Assembly (NCBI GenBank): GCA_963823665.1
Contig: CAWGMQ010000008.1
Location: 608,001-672,000, forward strand
Direction: 5' to 3'
Length of the DNA stretch: 64,000 nucleotides
Origin: an uncultured Planctomycetota bacterium
GTDB lineage: Bacteria > Planctomycetota > Planctomycetia > Isosphaerales > Isosphaeraceae
The position numbers were made by a program, and so were the translations under genes. Within the stretch, counting starts at the first letter, position 1, and every line of letters begins with the position of its first letter. The notes beneath the pieces are model-generated. The model made no database searches. It was not told where the DNA came from and saw only the letters and a program-made list of their open reading frames with translations. This document shows positions 1 to 10,100 of the stretch, piece after piece.

Positions 1-1094
1 CCCGCGAACCACGCCGCCGCGGCCGGCACGCCCAGTAAATGCCCCCGAGCGTCAGCGCACCGCCGGCAACGAGCGTGGGGGTCAGAACTTCCCCAAAAAG
101 CCACATTCCCCAGATCGACCGTCAGGATCGGCGACGCATTGCTGAAGGTGGCGACCTGGCTGGCGTCGAAACTGCGCAGAGCCAGATTCTGATAGGCCCA
201 CGCGAACGGGGTGATGAAGAGCCCGAGGAAGATCAGGGCCGACCAGGCGGATATCGGCACCTGTTTGAGGCTGGACAAGCTGGGAAAGTCGAGGAAAGCA
301 AAGGGTACCGACATGAGGCAGCCGGTCAGAACGGTGCCGGCCAGGACGGTCATCGCCCCGTGGCGGACGATGAGCGGCTTGCTGACCGCGATGTATCCTC
401 CCCAAGACGCCACCGCGCCGAGGAGGAGCAAGTCGGATAGCACGACCGAATGAGCGGCGTCGCCGCCGGTGGAACGGTGTTCGAGATAGTGGCCGATGCC
501 GATCACGACGATTCCTGCCACACTGAGCAGCACACCCGTTAGCCGCGCGAAGTTGGGCCGCTCCATTCGGAAGCTCCATGCCAGGAGCAAGACGACCAGC
601 GGACAGGTCGCGTAGAACAGAGCGACGTGCGACGTCAGCCCGAGCTTGGTCGCGCTCAGGAAAAAGCCCTGATTGATCGGCACGCAGAGAGCCGCCGCCA
701 GCACGAGCCTCCATCCATCCTGGCGGATCAAGCGGCCGAGGCCGCCCTTGATCAAGATCAGCGGGACCAGGCAGAGACATGCCAACGCGAACCGCATTAG
801 CGGAATTGACGCAAGGGGCAGGGAGTGCACAACATATCGTGCTGCCGGAGCGGTGGTCGATCCGACCAGAACCATCAGCGCCACATGGAGATACGCTTGT
901 CCGGAGGGCTGGTTTGGAACAGGCTCGCTCGTGCTGCGACCCGCGCTTTTTTTCGGTCGATCCGTGTCTGTAAAGTCAAGCTCCGCATCCTTGAGCGATC
1001 CGCCGTCCACCTCGTCCCCAACCACGGCCGTCACCTCGCCTTTGGTGTCTTGCGTCTGTCGCACCGATCTTTCGACATCATCCCGATTCGACAC
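1..1094 (-). CDS. DMT/EamA family transporter (runs off left edge)
   Basis: My own minus-strand translation from GTG at 1094 gives a hydrophobic multi-TM protein (ALMVLVGSTTAPAARY...PLMRFALAC...LCVPINQGFFLSATKLGLTSHVALFYATCPLVVLLLA). It is absent from the ORF track, presumably because its stop lies outside the window. Confidence 0.8.
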   Translation of the reverse strand, partial: MSNRDDVERSVRQTQDTKGEVTAVVGDEVDGGSLKDAELDFTDTDRPKKSAGRSTSEPVPNQPSGQAYLHVALMVLVGSTTAPAARYVVHSLPLASIPLMRFALACLCLVPLILIKGGLGRLIRQDGWRLVLAAALCVPINQGFFLSATKLGLTSHVALFYATCPLVVLLLAWSFRMERPNFARLTGVLLSVAGIVVIGIGHYLEHRSTGGDAAHSVVLSDLLLLGAVASWGGYIAVSKPLIVRHGAMTVLAGTVLTGCLMSVPFAFLDFPSLSSLKQVPISAWSALIFLGLFITPFAWAYQNLALRSFDASQVATFSNASPILTVDLGNVAFWGSSDPHARCRRCADARGHLLGVPAAAAWFA

Positions 1095-1165
1095 GAATCA
1101 TCCTAGGTCAAAAGGCAAGAGGGGATTGAGGAATGTCGAGGTGTGCGCGGCGTGCGCATCGTCTC

Positions 1166-1250
1166 GGAGTAGGAGTAAGAATGAGAGTACGATTAGGATT
1201 AGGATTAGGATTAGGATTAGGATTAGGATTAGGATTAGGATTAGGATTAA
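1166..1250. repeat. Hexamer tandem repeat (GATTAG)x9 + GATTAA with degenerate leader units
   Basis: Perfect GATTAG units at 1191-1244, GATTAA at 1245-1250, preceded by GGAGTA GGAGTA AGAATG AGAGTA CGATTA. Confidence 0.97.
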
Positions 1251-1385
1251 CAGCAAGACGATGGTATGGACGCATCCGGCGCGATCGAGGTTCGCCTTTA
1301 CGGAAGTCCGAACCTGCGATACCGTCTTCGTTGCGGCATGATGCCCGATCCGATGCGAACCTGCTTTCCAGGGATGGAGCTACCA

Positions 1386-2075
1386 ATGAGGAGCGTCGCT
1401 AAAGCCGGGTTTGCGGCGTGGACAGTGGTCGGAGTCGCGGTTCTCGCGGGGTCAGCCGGCGACGTTCGGGCCGATGCGATCAACTTCCTGGATCTGGCAC
1501 CGCAACGGGTTGCATCGCTGGATGTGGGCGGTGTGACGATCACGGGGTCCAACACGCTGGTCATCAACGACGTGCCGGACGCAGGCCCGGAGGGAATCTC
1601 GATCCTTGGAGGCGTGCCCGGCATTGGTTCCGGGGATGCCACGATCGATCCCACGGAATCGGTCACGTTTCACTTTGAAGCCGGGCCTGCCGGCAACATC
1701 GTGTTGGAGCCGTATTTCATCGGCTCATTGCCGAACACGCCTCTGGCGGCCGCGGGCGAGTCGATCATCACCGCGTTCGGGCAGAACGGGCAATCACTGG
1801 GGGCGGTCGCGCTCTTTCCGTCGGACGGTCTTGGGTTTATCAACAACGGTACTGCGTTCAATATCTCGGCGGCTTTCGCCAATCAGCCGATCTCATCATT
1901 TACCTTTCAGCCGGAAGGAAACGCGTTTACCGGGACCTTCGCGACGCTCGCTGGACTGGGATTTACCGCCGTCCCCGAGCCGTCGTCGGTGCTGGCGTGG
2001 GGCGCTGGTGTGTTGATCGCGCTGGGCGAAGTGGTGCGACGACGGCGGAGTGGGCGGTGCAAGACTGCGACGTAG
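1386..2075 (+). CDS. PEP-CTERM sorting domain protein
   Basis: Signal peptide (MRSVAKAGFAAWTVVGVAVLAGSAGDVRA), C-terminal VPEPSS + hydrophobic helix + RRRR. Confidence 0.9.
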   Translation: MRSVAKAGFAAWTVVGVAVLAGSAGDVRADAINFLDLAPQRVASLDVGGVTITGSNTLVINDVPDAGPEGISILGGVPGIGSGDATIDPTESVTFHFEAGPAGNIVLEPYFIGSLPNTPLAAAGESIITAFGQNGQSLGAVALFPSDGLGFINNGTAFNISAAFANQPISSFTFQPEGNAFTGTFATLAGLGFTAVPEPSSVLAWGAGVLIALGEVVRRRRSGRCKTAT

Positions 2076-2119
2076 AAAACTCATTTGACGCAGCGCGAAT
2101 TGACTTGTTCTGATGGGCG

Positions 2120-2683
2120 ATGACCCAATTCGAGCGTTCCAGCCGACCGCTCTCCGGGGGATCATTCGCCGTGCGTGAGCGCCGCGTTCAGTTCACGATC
2201 CGGACATTGATGATCGCCGTGGGCGTGGTGGCGGGCGCGCTCGCTTTGCTCAAGCGAGCGCCTGAGGGGCTTGCGGTTCTTTTGCTGCTGGGTCTGCCGC
2301 TCTACGGCTTGAGCGTCCTCTTCGGCAAGATTCCGCGGGGGCGCTCCGCCTGGCGGTTCGGGATGTCGGTCGTGATGCTGAGCGTGATCATGCTCGGCAT
2401 GGGTTGGTTCTCGGCGCGAATGTTGATCTCGGTGAGCCGGATGCACGACGCGCCGAACCAGGATCATGGGATGTGGGCAGGGAGTCCTTATCCGCTGTTG
2501 TGTCTGGCGATTCCCGCCGCCGTGACCGCCTTCGGCCTTTTTCTGAATATCGTCGTGCTGGCCGAGCTTTGCGTGTCGCGGCGACGGTTCGGTATTCTGC
2601 TGCTGGTTCCGGCATTCGCTGCGGCGCTTGCACTGGGTTGGATCGGACTGTTCGGTTGGTTGGCTGCCGAGAGATACCACTGA
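2120..2683 (+). CDS. Hypothetical membrane protein
   Basis: Several TM segments; QFTIRTLMIAV N-terminal motif common in planctomycete membrane proteins; start uncertain. Confidence 0.7.
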   Translation: MTQFERSSRPLSGGSFAVRERRVQFTIRTLMIAVGVVAGALALLKRAPEGLAVLLLLGLPLYGLSVLFGKIPRGRSAWRFGMSVVMLSVIMLGMGWFSARMLISVSRMHDAPNQDHGMWAGSPYPLLCLAIPAAVTAFGLFLNIVVLAELCVSRRRFGILLLVPAFAAALALGWIGLFGWLAAERYH

Positions 2684-2697
2684 GGGAGATCGACACG

Positions 2698-4425
2698 ATG
2701 GCAACGTTCGCAACACCCTCCAGAATGCTGTTGATCATGGCCCTGGCACTCGCCACGATGTGCGACCGGTGCGCGAACGCCGATGGCCCGGCAGCCGCGC
2801 AGGTGCGCGACTTGGACTCCGACGGCGACGGGCTTTCGGACTTCCAGGAAATTCATAAATACCGGACTGACCCGGCGAAGAAAGACACAGCCGGTACGGG
2901 CACATCCGACGGGGATTGGTCAGTGCGGCGCGAGTTCACGTACAGCGTGCGCGCGGTGATCCGTGTGATGCCGCCCTACAACCTGGCGGCACTCAACGAC
3001 GATTACCAGGATGTGCGGGTCATCGCGGAGACGAAGGATTACGCCGAGCTTGAGGTCGTCATCTATCCGCTCAACACATGCGCGGGCACGATCACGGGCA
3101 ACCCGAACTGGCGCGTCGAGTATGGCGGCATGACCGAATTCCTTGACCCGGGCGTGACCACCAACTGGGACGCCTCGATGCGGGAGCAGCTTCTGGCGGA
3201 GCTGCGGGGTTCCGGGATCGACCCGGAGAAGTTGACTGATAAGGAAGTCGTCGAGAAGGTGTCACGGTGGATGTACTCGCGAGCCAGGCATCGGAACATG
3301 TTCTGCACTTATTACGTCCACTTTCCGGGCGGAAAAGCAGCGGTGTTCCTGGGGTTGGAGCGAGCCTTCGAGCGGGAGAAAGGCAGCCCGGAGTGGTCGG
3401 TCTCGGAGCAGTTTGCGAGTGAGCTTTTCGGTAAGGAGATGTTCAATCGCAAGGTTTATGGCACTTGCACTTCGGCGGCGGTGGCGCAGGCGACGGTGCT
3501 GCGGGCAGTGGGCATTCCGACGCGGCTGATCATTGCGATCCCGGTGGCGGATGCTTCTGACGACGAGCAAGTCGCGCTGGTGGGGAAGGGGATCACGCAC
3601 CACCAGGTTCGGGGTGTGACGACGACGGCGCTGGCGGCTGCGGGAAAGAGTTTCACGGCGCACACGTTTCTTGAGGTGTTCGTGGGGAATCGATGGCGGC
3701 GGCTGAACTATAATGCGCTCGGGCAGAACGTGCTCGATTCGACTTATCTGGGGCTGATGATTCATGTTCATACGTTCAATGATTTGAGTGAAGCCGGCCT
3801 GGCGCCGACCTGGGGCGCGCGGTATGCGCTGGGTAAGCGAGATGGGGAGTTCAAGTACAGCAATCCTTACAGGGCCGTTGCGCTGGACGATCACTTCGGA
3901 CGGTTTGCCAAGGTGCCGAATCCGGTGGTGGCAGAGAAGGAGCACAAGCGCATCACGATTGACCGGGTGTACTGGGCGGATGCTGCGGATGCCCCGGCCC
4001 AGGTGCGGGCGATGCGGGGCAGTGCCCAACCTGCGGGAAGGTTCTGGATCCATGGGGTGGAGTGGTTTGGCGATGTCAGCTATATCCAGTACAAGAAATT
4101 CATGCAGCGGGCGGACAAGGACTTCGTGCTGGCGGCCAAGGGGCAGCCGGAGATTCCGTGTAGACTGTCGATGAGCTACGTTACTGACCCGAATGCGGGC
4201 GTGCGCGACATGGAGGTGACGATTGCACCTGAGGATTTCGCGAAGATGGCCCGACGCGTGGCTTATGCGCTGCGCCCGGTCAATTCTGTGAAGGAGTACC
4301 AATGGCGGGTCGACGAGGGGGTCATGCTGACGCTTGGGTCGTCGCGAGACGAGAAGCTGGACGCGATCCTGGAGCGACTGGATCGGCTGGAGAAGCGGGT
4401 TGAGGCGCTCGAGAAAAAGCGGTGA
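2698..4425 (+). CDS. Secreted transglutaminase-like domain protein with Ca-binding DSDGDGLSD repeat
   Basis: Signal peptide, DLDSDGDGLSDFQE, GTCTS (Cys), AHTFLEVFVG (His), C-terminal coiled coil KLDAILERLDRLEKRVEALEK. Confidence 0.75.
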   Translation: MATFATPSRMLLIMALALATMCDRCANADGPAAAQVRDLDSDGDGLSDFQEIHKYRTDPAKKDTAGTGTSDGDWSVRREFTYSVRAVIRVMPPYNLAALNDDYQDVRVIAETKDYAELEVVIYPLNTCAGTITGNPNWRVEYGGMTEFLDPGVTTNWDASMREQLLAELRGSGIDPEKLTDKEVVEKVSRWMYSRARHRNMFCTYYVHFPGGKAAVFLGLERAFEREKGSPEWSVSEQFASELFGKEMFNRKVYGTCTSAAVAQATVLRAVGIPTRLIIAIPVADASDDEQVALVGKGITHHQVRGVTTTALAAAGKSFTAHTFLEVFVGNRWRRLNYNALGQNVLDSTYLGLMIHVHTFNDLSEAGLAPTWGARYALGKRDGEFKYSNPYRAVALDDHFGRFAKVPNPVVAEKEHKRITIDRVYWADAADAPAQVRAMRGSAQPAGRFWIHGVEWFGDVSYIQYKKFMQRADKDFVLAAKGQPEIPCRLSMSYVTDPNAGVRDMEVTIAPEDFAKMARRVAYALRPVNSVKEYQWRVDEGVMLTLGSSRDEKLDAILERLDRLEKRVEALEKKR

Positions 4426-4652
4426 GGTTCCGAAATTCCTTGGCGAAGCTCGGCGCGTCGCCAGCGCTGGCACCGAAGACGGTCCGCAGATAGCGGACCC
4501 TACGGGTTCAACGCGGATTTCCTCGCTCACAGAAGAATTAGACCTCTTACAGTTGGGACGAGGGAAAAAAGCGAGCCTTGGGGTGCCGTAGCTTTGATTA
4601 TTTTACGTTTATGTGAGCACTTCGAGTCAAAATGCTTTTGAACAGAAGGTAA

Positions 4653-6651
4653 GTCGAGTAGCGGAGGGACGGGTGTGACCCCGTCGCCTCCGCCCTCTTC
4701 AAACCGGACTTGCAGATTTCCCGCATCCGGCTTGCCCAAATCCTCTCGATCGAAGGCGATTCGCAGGGAGGCAGCGATAAGTCATTTCAGGAGCCGCAGG
4801 CCGAGGCTCTGCAGGTGGAAGTAATCTGACTTGCCTACCGGGGTACGGTAGGCTCGCTGACTGCGACGTTGCAAGTGACGCGTCAAGCGCAGCAGCATGA
4901 AGCTATTGAGGTTCCGAAACCGATGGCGGGGATAGCCGTAACGGAAGTATCCGCTCCAGCCTTTTGTCCAGCGGTTGATACCGTCTATCACCTCTCGGAT
5001 GGAGACGAAACACAGCCTGGGCCCAGTCATCTCTCGGATTCTTTCGTGGGCGCGAGCCATCGACTTGACTGAGGGAAACACGTTGAGATATCGATGATCG
5101 CGGCCAAAGAGGTCCCGGTCGTATCGCAACGCAAAGCCCAGAAAGTTCAGGCTCTGACCCGGTTCATGCAGCTTGACGATTCGCGTTTTCTCGCGGTTGA
5201 CGGTGAGCCGAAACCGTCCCTCTAACAGATTCTCGATCCAATCGATCAAGCGCTGAGATTGATAGCGTGCCAGGACCACAAAGTCATCGGCATACCGCAC
5301 GAGTTTGGCGTTGGCCCAGCGACTAGGTCCGTCGAAACGATAAAACAGCTTCTCGAACCAATGCAGGTAGAGATTCGCCAGCAACGGTGAAATTACTCCA
5401 CCCTGCGGCGTCCCCTGTTTCGGCCGAGTCACTTTAGTCTTACCGTGTCCGTCGGTCTCGACGACGGGGCTTTCCAGCCACATGCGGATCAGCTTCAGCA
5501 CGGAGCGGTCGGCAATCCGTCGTTCCAGGCACTTGATCAATGCATCATGTGGAATTGTGTCGAAGTACGATTTCAGATCCGCGTCATAGATCTCTCGAAA
5601 CCCGGAGTTGACATGGTGACGGATCGTGTCGATCGCCTGATGAGCGTTTCTTCCTGGACGAAACCCAAACGAGCAGTTCAGGAAGTCAGCCTCAAAGATC
5701 GGCTCGAGTATCAACATGGCCGCCGTTTGGACGATCCGGTCTTTGACCGTGGGAATTCCCAGCGGTCGCATCCGGCCGTCCGGTTTAGGGATATAGACGC
5801 GTTTGACCGGCTGCGGTCGGTAGCGTTTGGTGCGGAGCTCTTCGTGCAACTGCCGTATGTAGGCATCCCAGGCAGGATCATCCAGTGTGACGAGGTCCTG
5901 ACAGGTGACACCATCCACCCCGGCAGCGCCGTTGTGATTCAGCACCAGAGTCGCCGCAATCCGCAGCACGTCTTCCCGATAGATCCGGTCGTACAGAGCG
6001 TAGAACCGGAACTTCGGCTCCTGCTTGGCCTTTTGACCTAGCTTCTTTCTCAGTTCAGAGACTTTCGGCGGTAGCAGGACCCCAGACTTCACTTCTGGCT
6101 CAGCCAGTTGTTGGTCCCAGGTCAGGCCACCGTGTTCTTCCGTAGTGGGACGTTTGTCCAAGCGGATCTCCTCACTTCTGATGAAGCGTGAATTTGGCAG
6201 GGGTCCTTTGCTCCACGGTGGTTAGCCGTATCGTCGCTACTACGACCCCCTCCGACTCCCGGCGTGGCCGACTGGCGGTTATGGTTTCCCGTCGGTCGTT
6301 GGTCAGAGATCACTTCCAGATCTCAGACCGCCAAGCCGGGTCTCTCAGGTTCCTCACTGATCTGTCGACGCCCGCCATCCCCTCTCACCCCGGGTAGCCC
6401 ATCCGCTGCACGTGCTCGTTGCTTCGCGAATGGTGTCAGGTTTCGGCATCTTCGGAAGATTGACCACTACCACTGGTTTATCGAGGCCGAAACGGGTTCA
6501 CGCTTTCGCATTACGGCTGACGTCTTCGCGTTCTCGGGCTCCGACGGCGCGGTTGCCCGCACCGCCGCCGAGTCGGCTTCATGGTGAACGAGCAATTGCC
6601 ATGGGCAGTTCCTTTTAACTGTCGAGATCAGCGAGACTTAGCCTGACGCAC
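4653..6651 (-). mobile_element. Complete group II intron (~1999 nt, En-minus)
   Basis: Minus strand starts GTGCG at 6651; contains RT/maturase ORF; domain V AAGCCGGATGCGGGAAATCTGCAAGTCCGGTTTG (AGC triad); domain VI ends ...CTACTCGAC at 4653. Confidence 0.93.
4782..6161 (-). CDS. ltrA: Group II intron reverse transcriptase/maturase
   Basis: RPLGIPTVKDRIVQ, SFGFRPGR, GTPQGGVISPLLANLYL, RYADD, domain X (GWSGYF); no HNH endonuclease domain seen. Confidence 0.96.
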   Translation of the reverse strand: MDKRPTTEEHGGLTWDQQLAEPEVKSGVLLPPKVSELRKKLGQKAKQEPKFRFYALYDRIYREDVLRIAATLVLNHNGAAGVDGVTCQDLVTLDDPAWDAYIRQLHEELRTKRYRPQPVKRVYIPKPDGRMRPLGIPTVKDRIVQTAAMLILEPIFEADFLNCSFGFRPGRNAHQAIDTIRHHVNSGFREIYDADLKSYFDTIPHDALIKCLERRIADRSVLKLIRMWLESPVVETDGHGKTKVTRPKQGTPQGGVISPLLANLYLHWFEKLFYRFDGPSRWANAKLVRYADDFVVLARYQSQRLIDWIENLLEGRFRLTVNREKTRIVKLHEPGQSLNFLGFALRYDRDLFGRDHRYLNVFPSVKSMARAHERIREMTGPRLCFVSIREVIDGINRWTKGWSGYFRYGYPRHRFRNLNSFMLLRLTRHLQRRSQRAYRTPVGKSDYFHLQSLGLRLLK

Positions 6652-7110
6652 CGAAGGTAACGAAGGGGAGGAGAGCTGAGGGCCAGAAGCAGATGCCGAC
6701 GCGGGCACGGCACGCAACTGTCAGGATGGCCTCGGCGACGGCCGGTCCTTCCGGATCCAGGCGCCGAGCACTCAATACGGCTACCGCGTCACCGAATTTG
6801 TCTTTACCTTCGTTGCCTTTGTTCAAATCTGAGGCCACTGATATGCATCAGTCTTTTGTCGCGTCCATGCGGGCATTGAACTTAAGTGTGACGATGGGAT
6901 AATCGGAGTGGTCTTCGCCAAGGACCTGGGAAGATCAGTGCCGTAGCAAACGACCTCGACCGGCTGAACGTTCTTCTTCGCTGTGTGGCGAGAGTGTCTG
7001 CGCGAGGCCGAGAGAGCGGCAAGCGACTGTTCTGAAGCGGCCTGGTTGATCAACCTGCGACGATGCGACAAGTATTGGTTTGCGGGCCTCGATTCGAGGT
7101 GAACTGATTC

Positions 7111-10100
7111 ATGGACGTTCCTGTTTCATTGCGGCTTCTGGCTTCGACGAACAACGCGCGCGGGGATTTATTCACGCGGCTCGTCAAGGATCTGTTCTTC
7201 GCTCTCGGTTATGACGACTTGAGGCTCGATGTCCACAAGTCCGGCCGCGAGATTGACATCCAGGGGACGCACCGGCTCGAGCTGCGACGGCTCGTTGCCG
7301 AATGCAAAGCCCACACCGACAAGATTGGTGGCGAGGATCTCAACAAGTTCTTCGGTGTCGTCAGCCTCGAACGCGACAAGGACGAACGAATTCCCATCAC
7401 CGCCTATTTCGTCTCGCTCAGCGGGTTCCGGGAGACGGGCAAACAGCAGGAGCTCGAGACCAGCGAGCAGAAGCGAATCATTCTGCTTGATGGCAAGCAG
7501 ATGATTGATGAGATGGTGAATGGTCGGATTCTGATCAGCCGAGAAAAGGCCGTGGAGAAAGCCGGGGGCTGCCGTGCGCACGCTCGGTTGGAAGATGTCG
7601 ACGTGGACGAGACGGAATTGCTCGGGCACGAGCTCGGATATCTGTGGGCTGTGTACTACTCCCACGGCAAGCAGCGAGCGCACTTTGCACTGATTCACGC
7701 TGACGGTACGCCTCTGACCGAGTCCCTCGCTAGAGAAGTCATCAAGGCCGACCGGAAATGTCGCGGGTCACTGTACAAGCTAATGTACTTGGCTCCGCCG
7801 GCGCCGGCGGCCGATCGCGAAGCGCTCGCGAAGGCGTCGATCGAGCTCTATCGGCGATGGCTTGTCGCGGAATGTGGGGAGATTCAACTCCTGGGCCTAC
7901 CAGCGGATTCTGATCTGGCGACAAAGCGCATGAAGTTAGAGCGACTGTTCGTCCCGTTAAAGGTCGTCGCAGCCGCGCAGACGGAGGGAACCGGCGAGAG
8001 AGAATTTACAAGCCCGCCAGAGAAGATCACGCCCATCGGCGCGTTCCTTGGCCTGCATCCACGTTTTTCATTGCTGGCTAAACCAGGAGGCGGCAAGAGC
8101 ACCGTTCTGAAGCGGCTAGCGGTCGCCTACGCAGTAGCCGAACGGAGGGCAGACACGGACGATGGGCTTCCCGATCGGGATTGGTTGCCCCTGTTTCTGC
8201 GCTGTCGGGAGCTGCGTGATCGAGCCCATCGACCGATTCGCGAGCTGCTGGACGATCTACCGAAGCACGCCGGCATGAACGACGCTGTAGCATCATTTTT
8301 CCGCGCTCACATGGACGAAGCCCTGCGCACTGGGCGGGCGCTCTTGCTGGTCGATGGTCTCGACGAAATTCTCGACGAAGGCGCGCGGACAACGTTCGCC
8401 GGTCACGTGCGCACGTTTCTGGCGATGTTTCCGCAAGTGGCCACAGTCGTGACGTCGCGCGAGGCGGGATACCGCCACGTAGCAGGAGTGGTCGCCAGCG
8501 CCTGCGAGCAGGTGTCCCTCGCTCCGTTCGATCACGCTGACGTCCAGCGTCTTTGTGAAAGCTGGCATGTCGAAGTCGCGGGGGATAACGACAGGGTCCG
8601 AGCCGAAGCGGAAGCTCTGGCGGCTACGATCTGGAACAACGAGCGCATTCGCTCGCTCGCAGAGAACCCGCTGATGTTGACGACGCTTCTGGTAGTCCGA
8701 CGTTGCTCCGGCGGCGAGCTGCCGACTCGCCGTGTGGAACTCTATCGAGAAGCTGTGCGCGTCCTGATTCGCACCTGGAACACCGAAGGCTTCGAGCCGA
8801 TGGACTTGGAGGAAACCCTGGCTCAGCTTTCGTACGTGGCCTGCGTGATGATGAGCGAAGGTCTTCAGCAAGTGGGTCACCGACGGCTCCTCAAACTGCT
8901 CAGGGACGCGCGGAAGGAGCTGCAAGCCGAGTTGCAGTTCACGCGGGTTAGCGCCGAGAACTTTGTTGAACGAATCGAATACCGGAGCAGCCTTCTGATG
9001 CAGACGGGGCATGAACGGATCGACGGCGAGATCCAGCCGGTCTACGAATTTCGGCACCTGACTTTTCAGGAATACTTGGCGGCGCGCGGGCTGGTCGAGG
9101 AACAGTATCCCGGCCGAGATGACGGCCGGGGTCTGCGCGAGATTCTTGAGCCTCATTTTCCGGATCTATCTTGGCATGAAATCGTCGCGCTCGCATGCGT
9201 GATGGCGGGGCGCAGAGCTGTGTCCGTGCTTGAGCGACTTACGGAGCTGTGCGAATTTGGGAAGGCGGTTCAAGGCGCGGGCCCACCTGGCGATGAGGAG
9301 CATCGGCGACTGGCGCGCCTCCTGCGGCAGTGCCTCCTCGACGAAATACAAGTGCCGCCACCTGCCCTAGTTTCTGCGCTACGCGAAACCGTGCGCCATA
9401 CTGCCGACGGTGAGGGGCTAATACTCCTGCGGCACGGAAAGTTCGGCGGATTATTACAGGATGTCGTCGAGAAAACCTACCTCGAAGCGAATCGTCGCTG
9501 GGAAGACTATTATCGCGCGATGCTCGTGCTAGCGGGCGACGCCGTTTTTGGAAATCGGGCGATCGAGCTCTCATCCGAAGTCGCCTGCACCCTCGATCGC
9601 TGGCTTGCGTCGGGAAACCGACGAGAGCAAGCGCACGCGCTGCTGGTTTCGGCACGTCTTGCGATTTCGGCGTGGGGCAAACGCGAGAAGATTAACAGTG
9701 AATTCGTAGAGCGCATGAAATCGTTACGTAACGCCGCCGGTCAGATTCTCAATCCGGAGGATCCCGTGCTAGCGCTGACCGCCGCATGGACGCTTATGTG
9801 GACGGGGGCAGTTAGGGTTCCGAGCATGCCCCCCGCGCCGCGCGTCATTCAGACGTTATTCAAGTTATGGCGTGAGGCGGCTTCTCCTGAATTGCGTTCC
9901 ATCGCCGGGTCGGCGCTTTCATGCCAGCCGGTTCTTCCGCGAGACACAATCGCCACTGAGTTCTGGGCCACTGAGAATGAAGAACCCGCGGAACCGTCGC
10001 CCTCGTTCGAGCACCCCGCGACGCTCATAACAGCTTGGTATCGGCGCGGGCCTTGGAGCGACTCGGTGCTAGCCGAAAAAATCAGGCAGGCCGGATACTT

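Larger units (their letters stand above)
4637..6827. repeat. Inverted-repeat element interrupted by the intron (left arm 4637-4652 + 6652-6665; right arm 6802-6827)
   Basis: Rejoined left arm TTTGAACAGAAGGTAACGAAGGTAACG versus reverse complement of right arm TTTGAACAAAGGCAACGAAGGTAAAG. Confidence 0.8.

Noticed and set aside
673..1402. ORFs with IRIRIR / NPNPNP / GLGLGL tracts
   Set aside because: Spurious translations of the hexamer repeat, partly antisense to the DMT gene.
4782..6161. RT as a retron, DGR, CRISPR-associated or defence RT
   Set aside because: It has group II RT motifs, domain X, a GTGCG 5' end and DV/DVI, so it is an ordinary intron-encoded protein.
4645..6660. GAAGGTAA on both sides of the intron as a target-site duplication
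   Set aside because: Group II introns do not generate TSDs. The opposite arm (6802-6827) shows the 9-bp periodicity existed before insertion.
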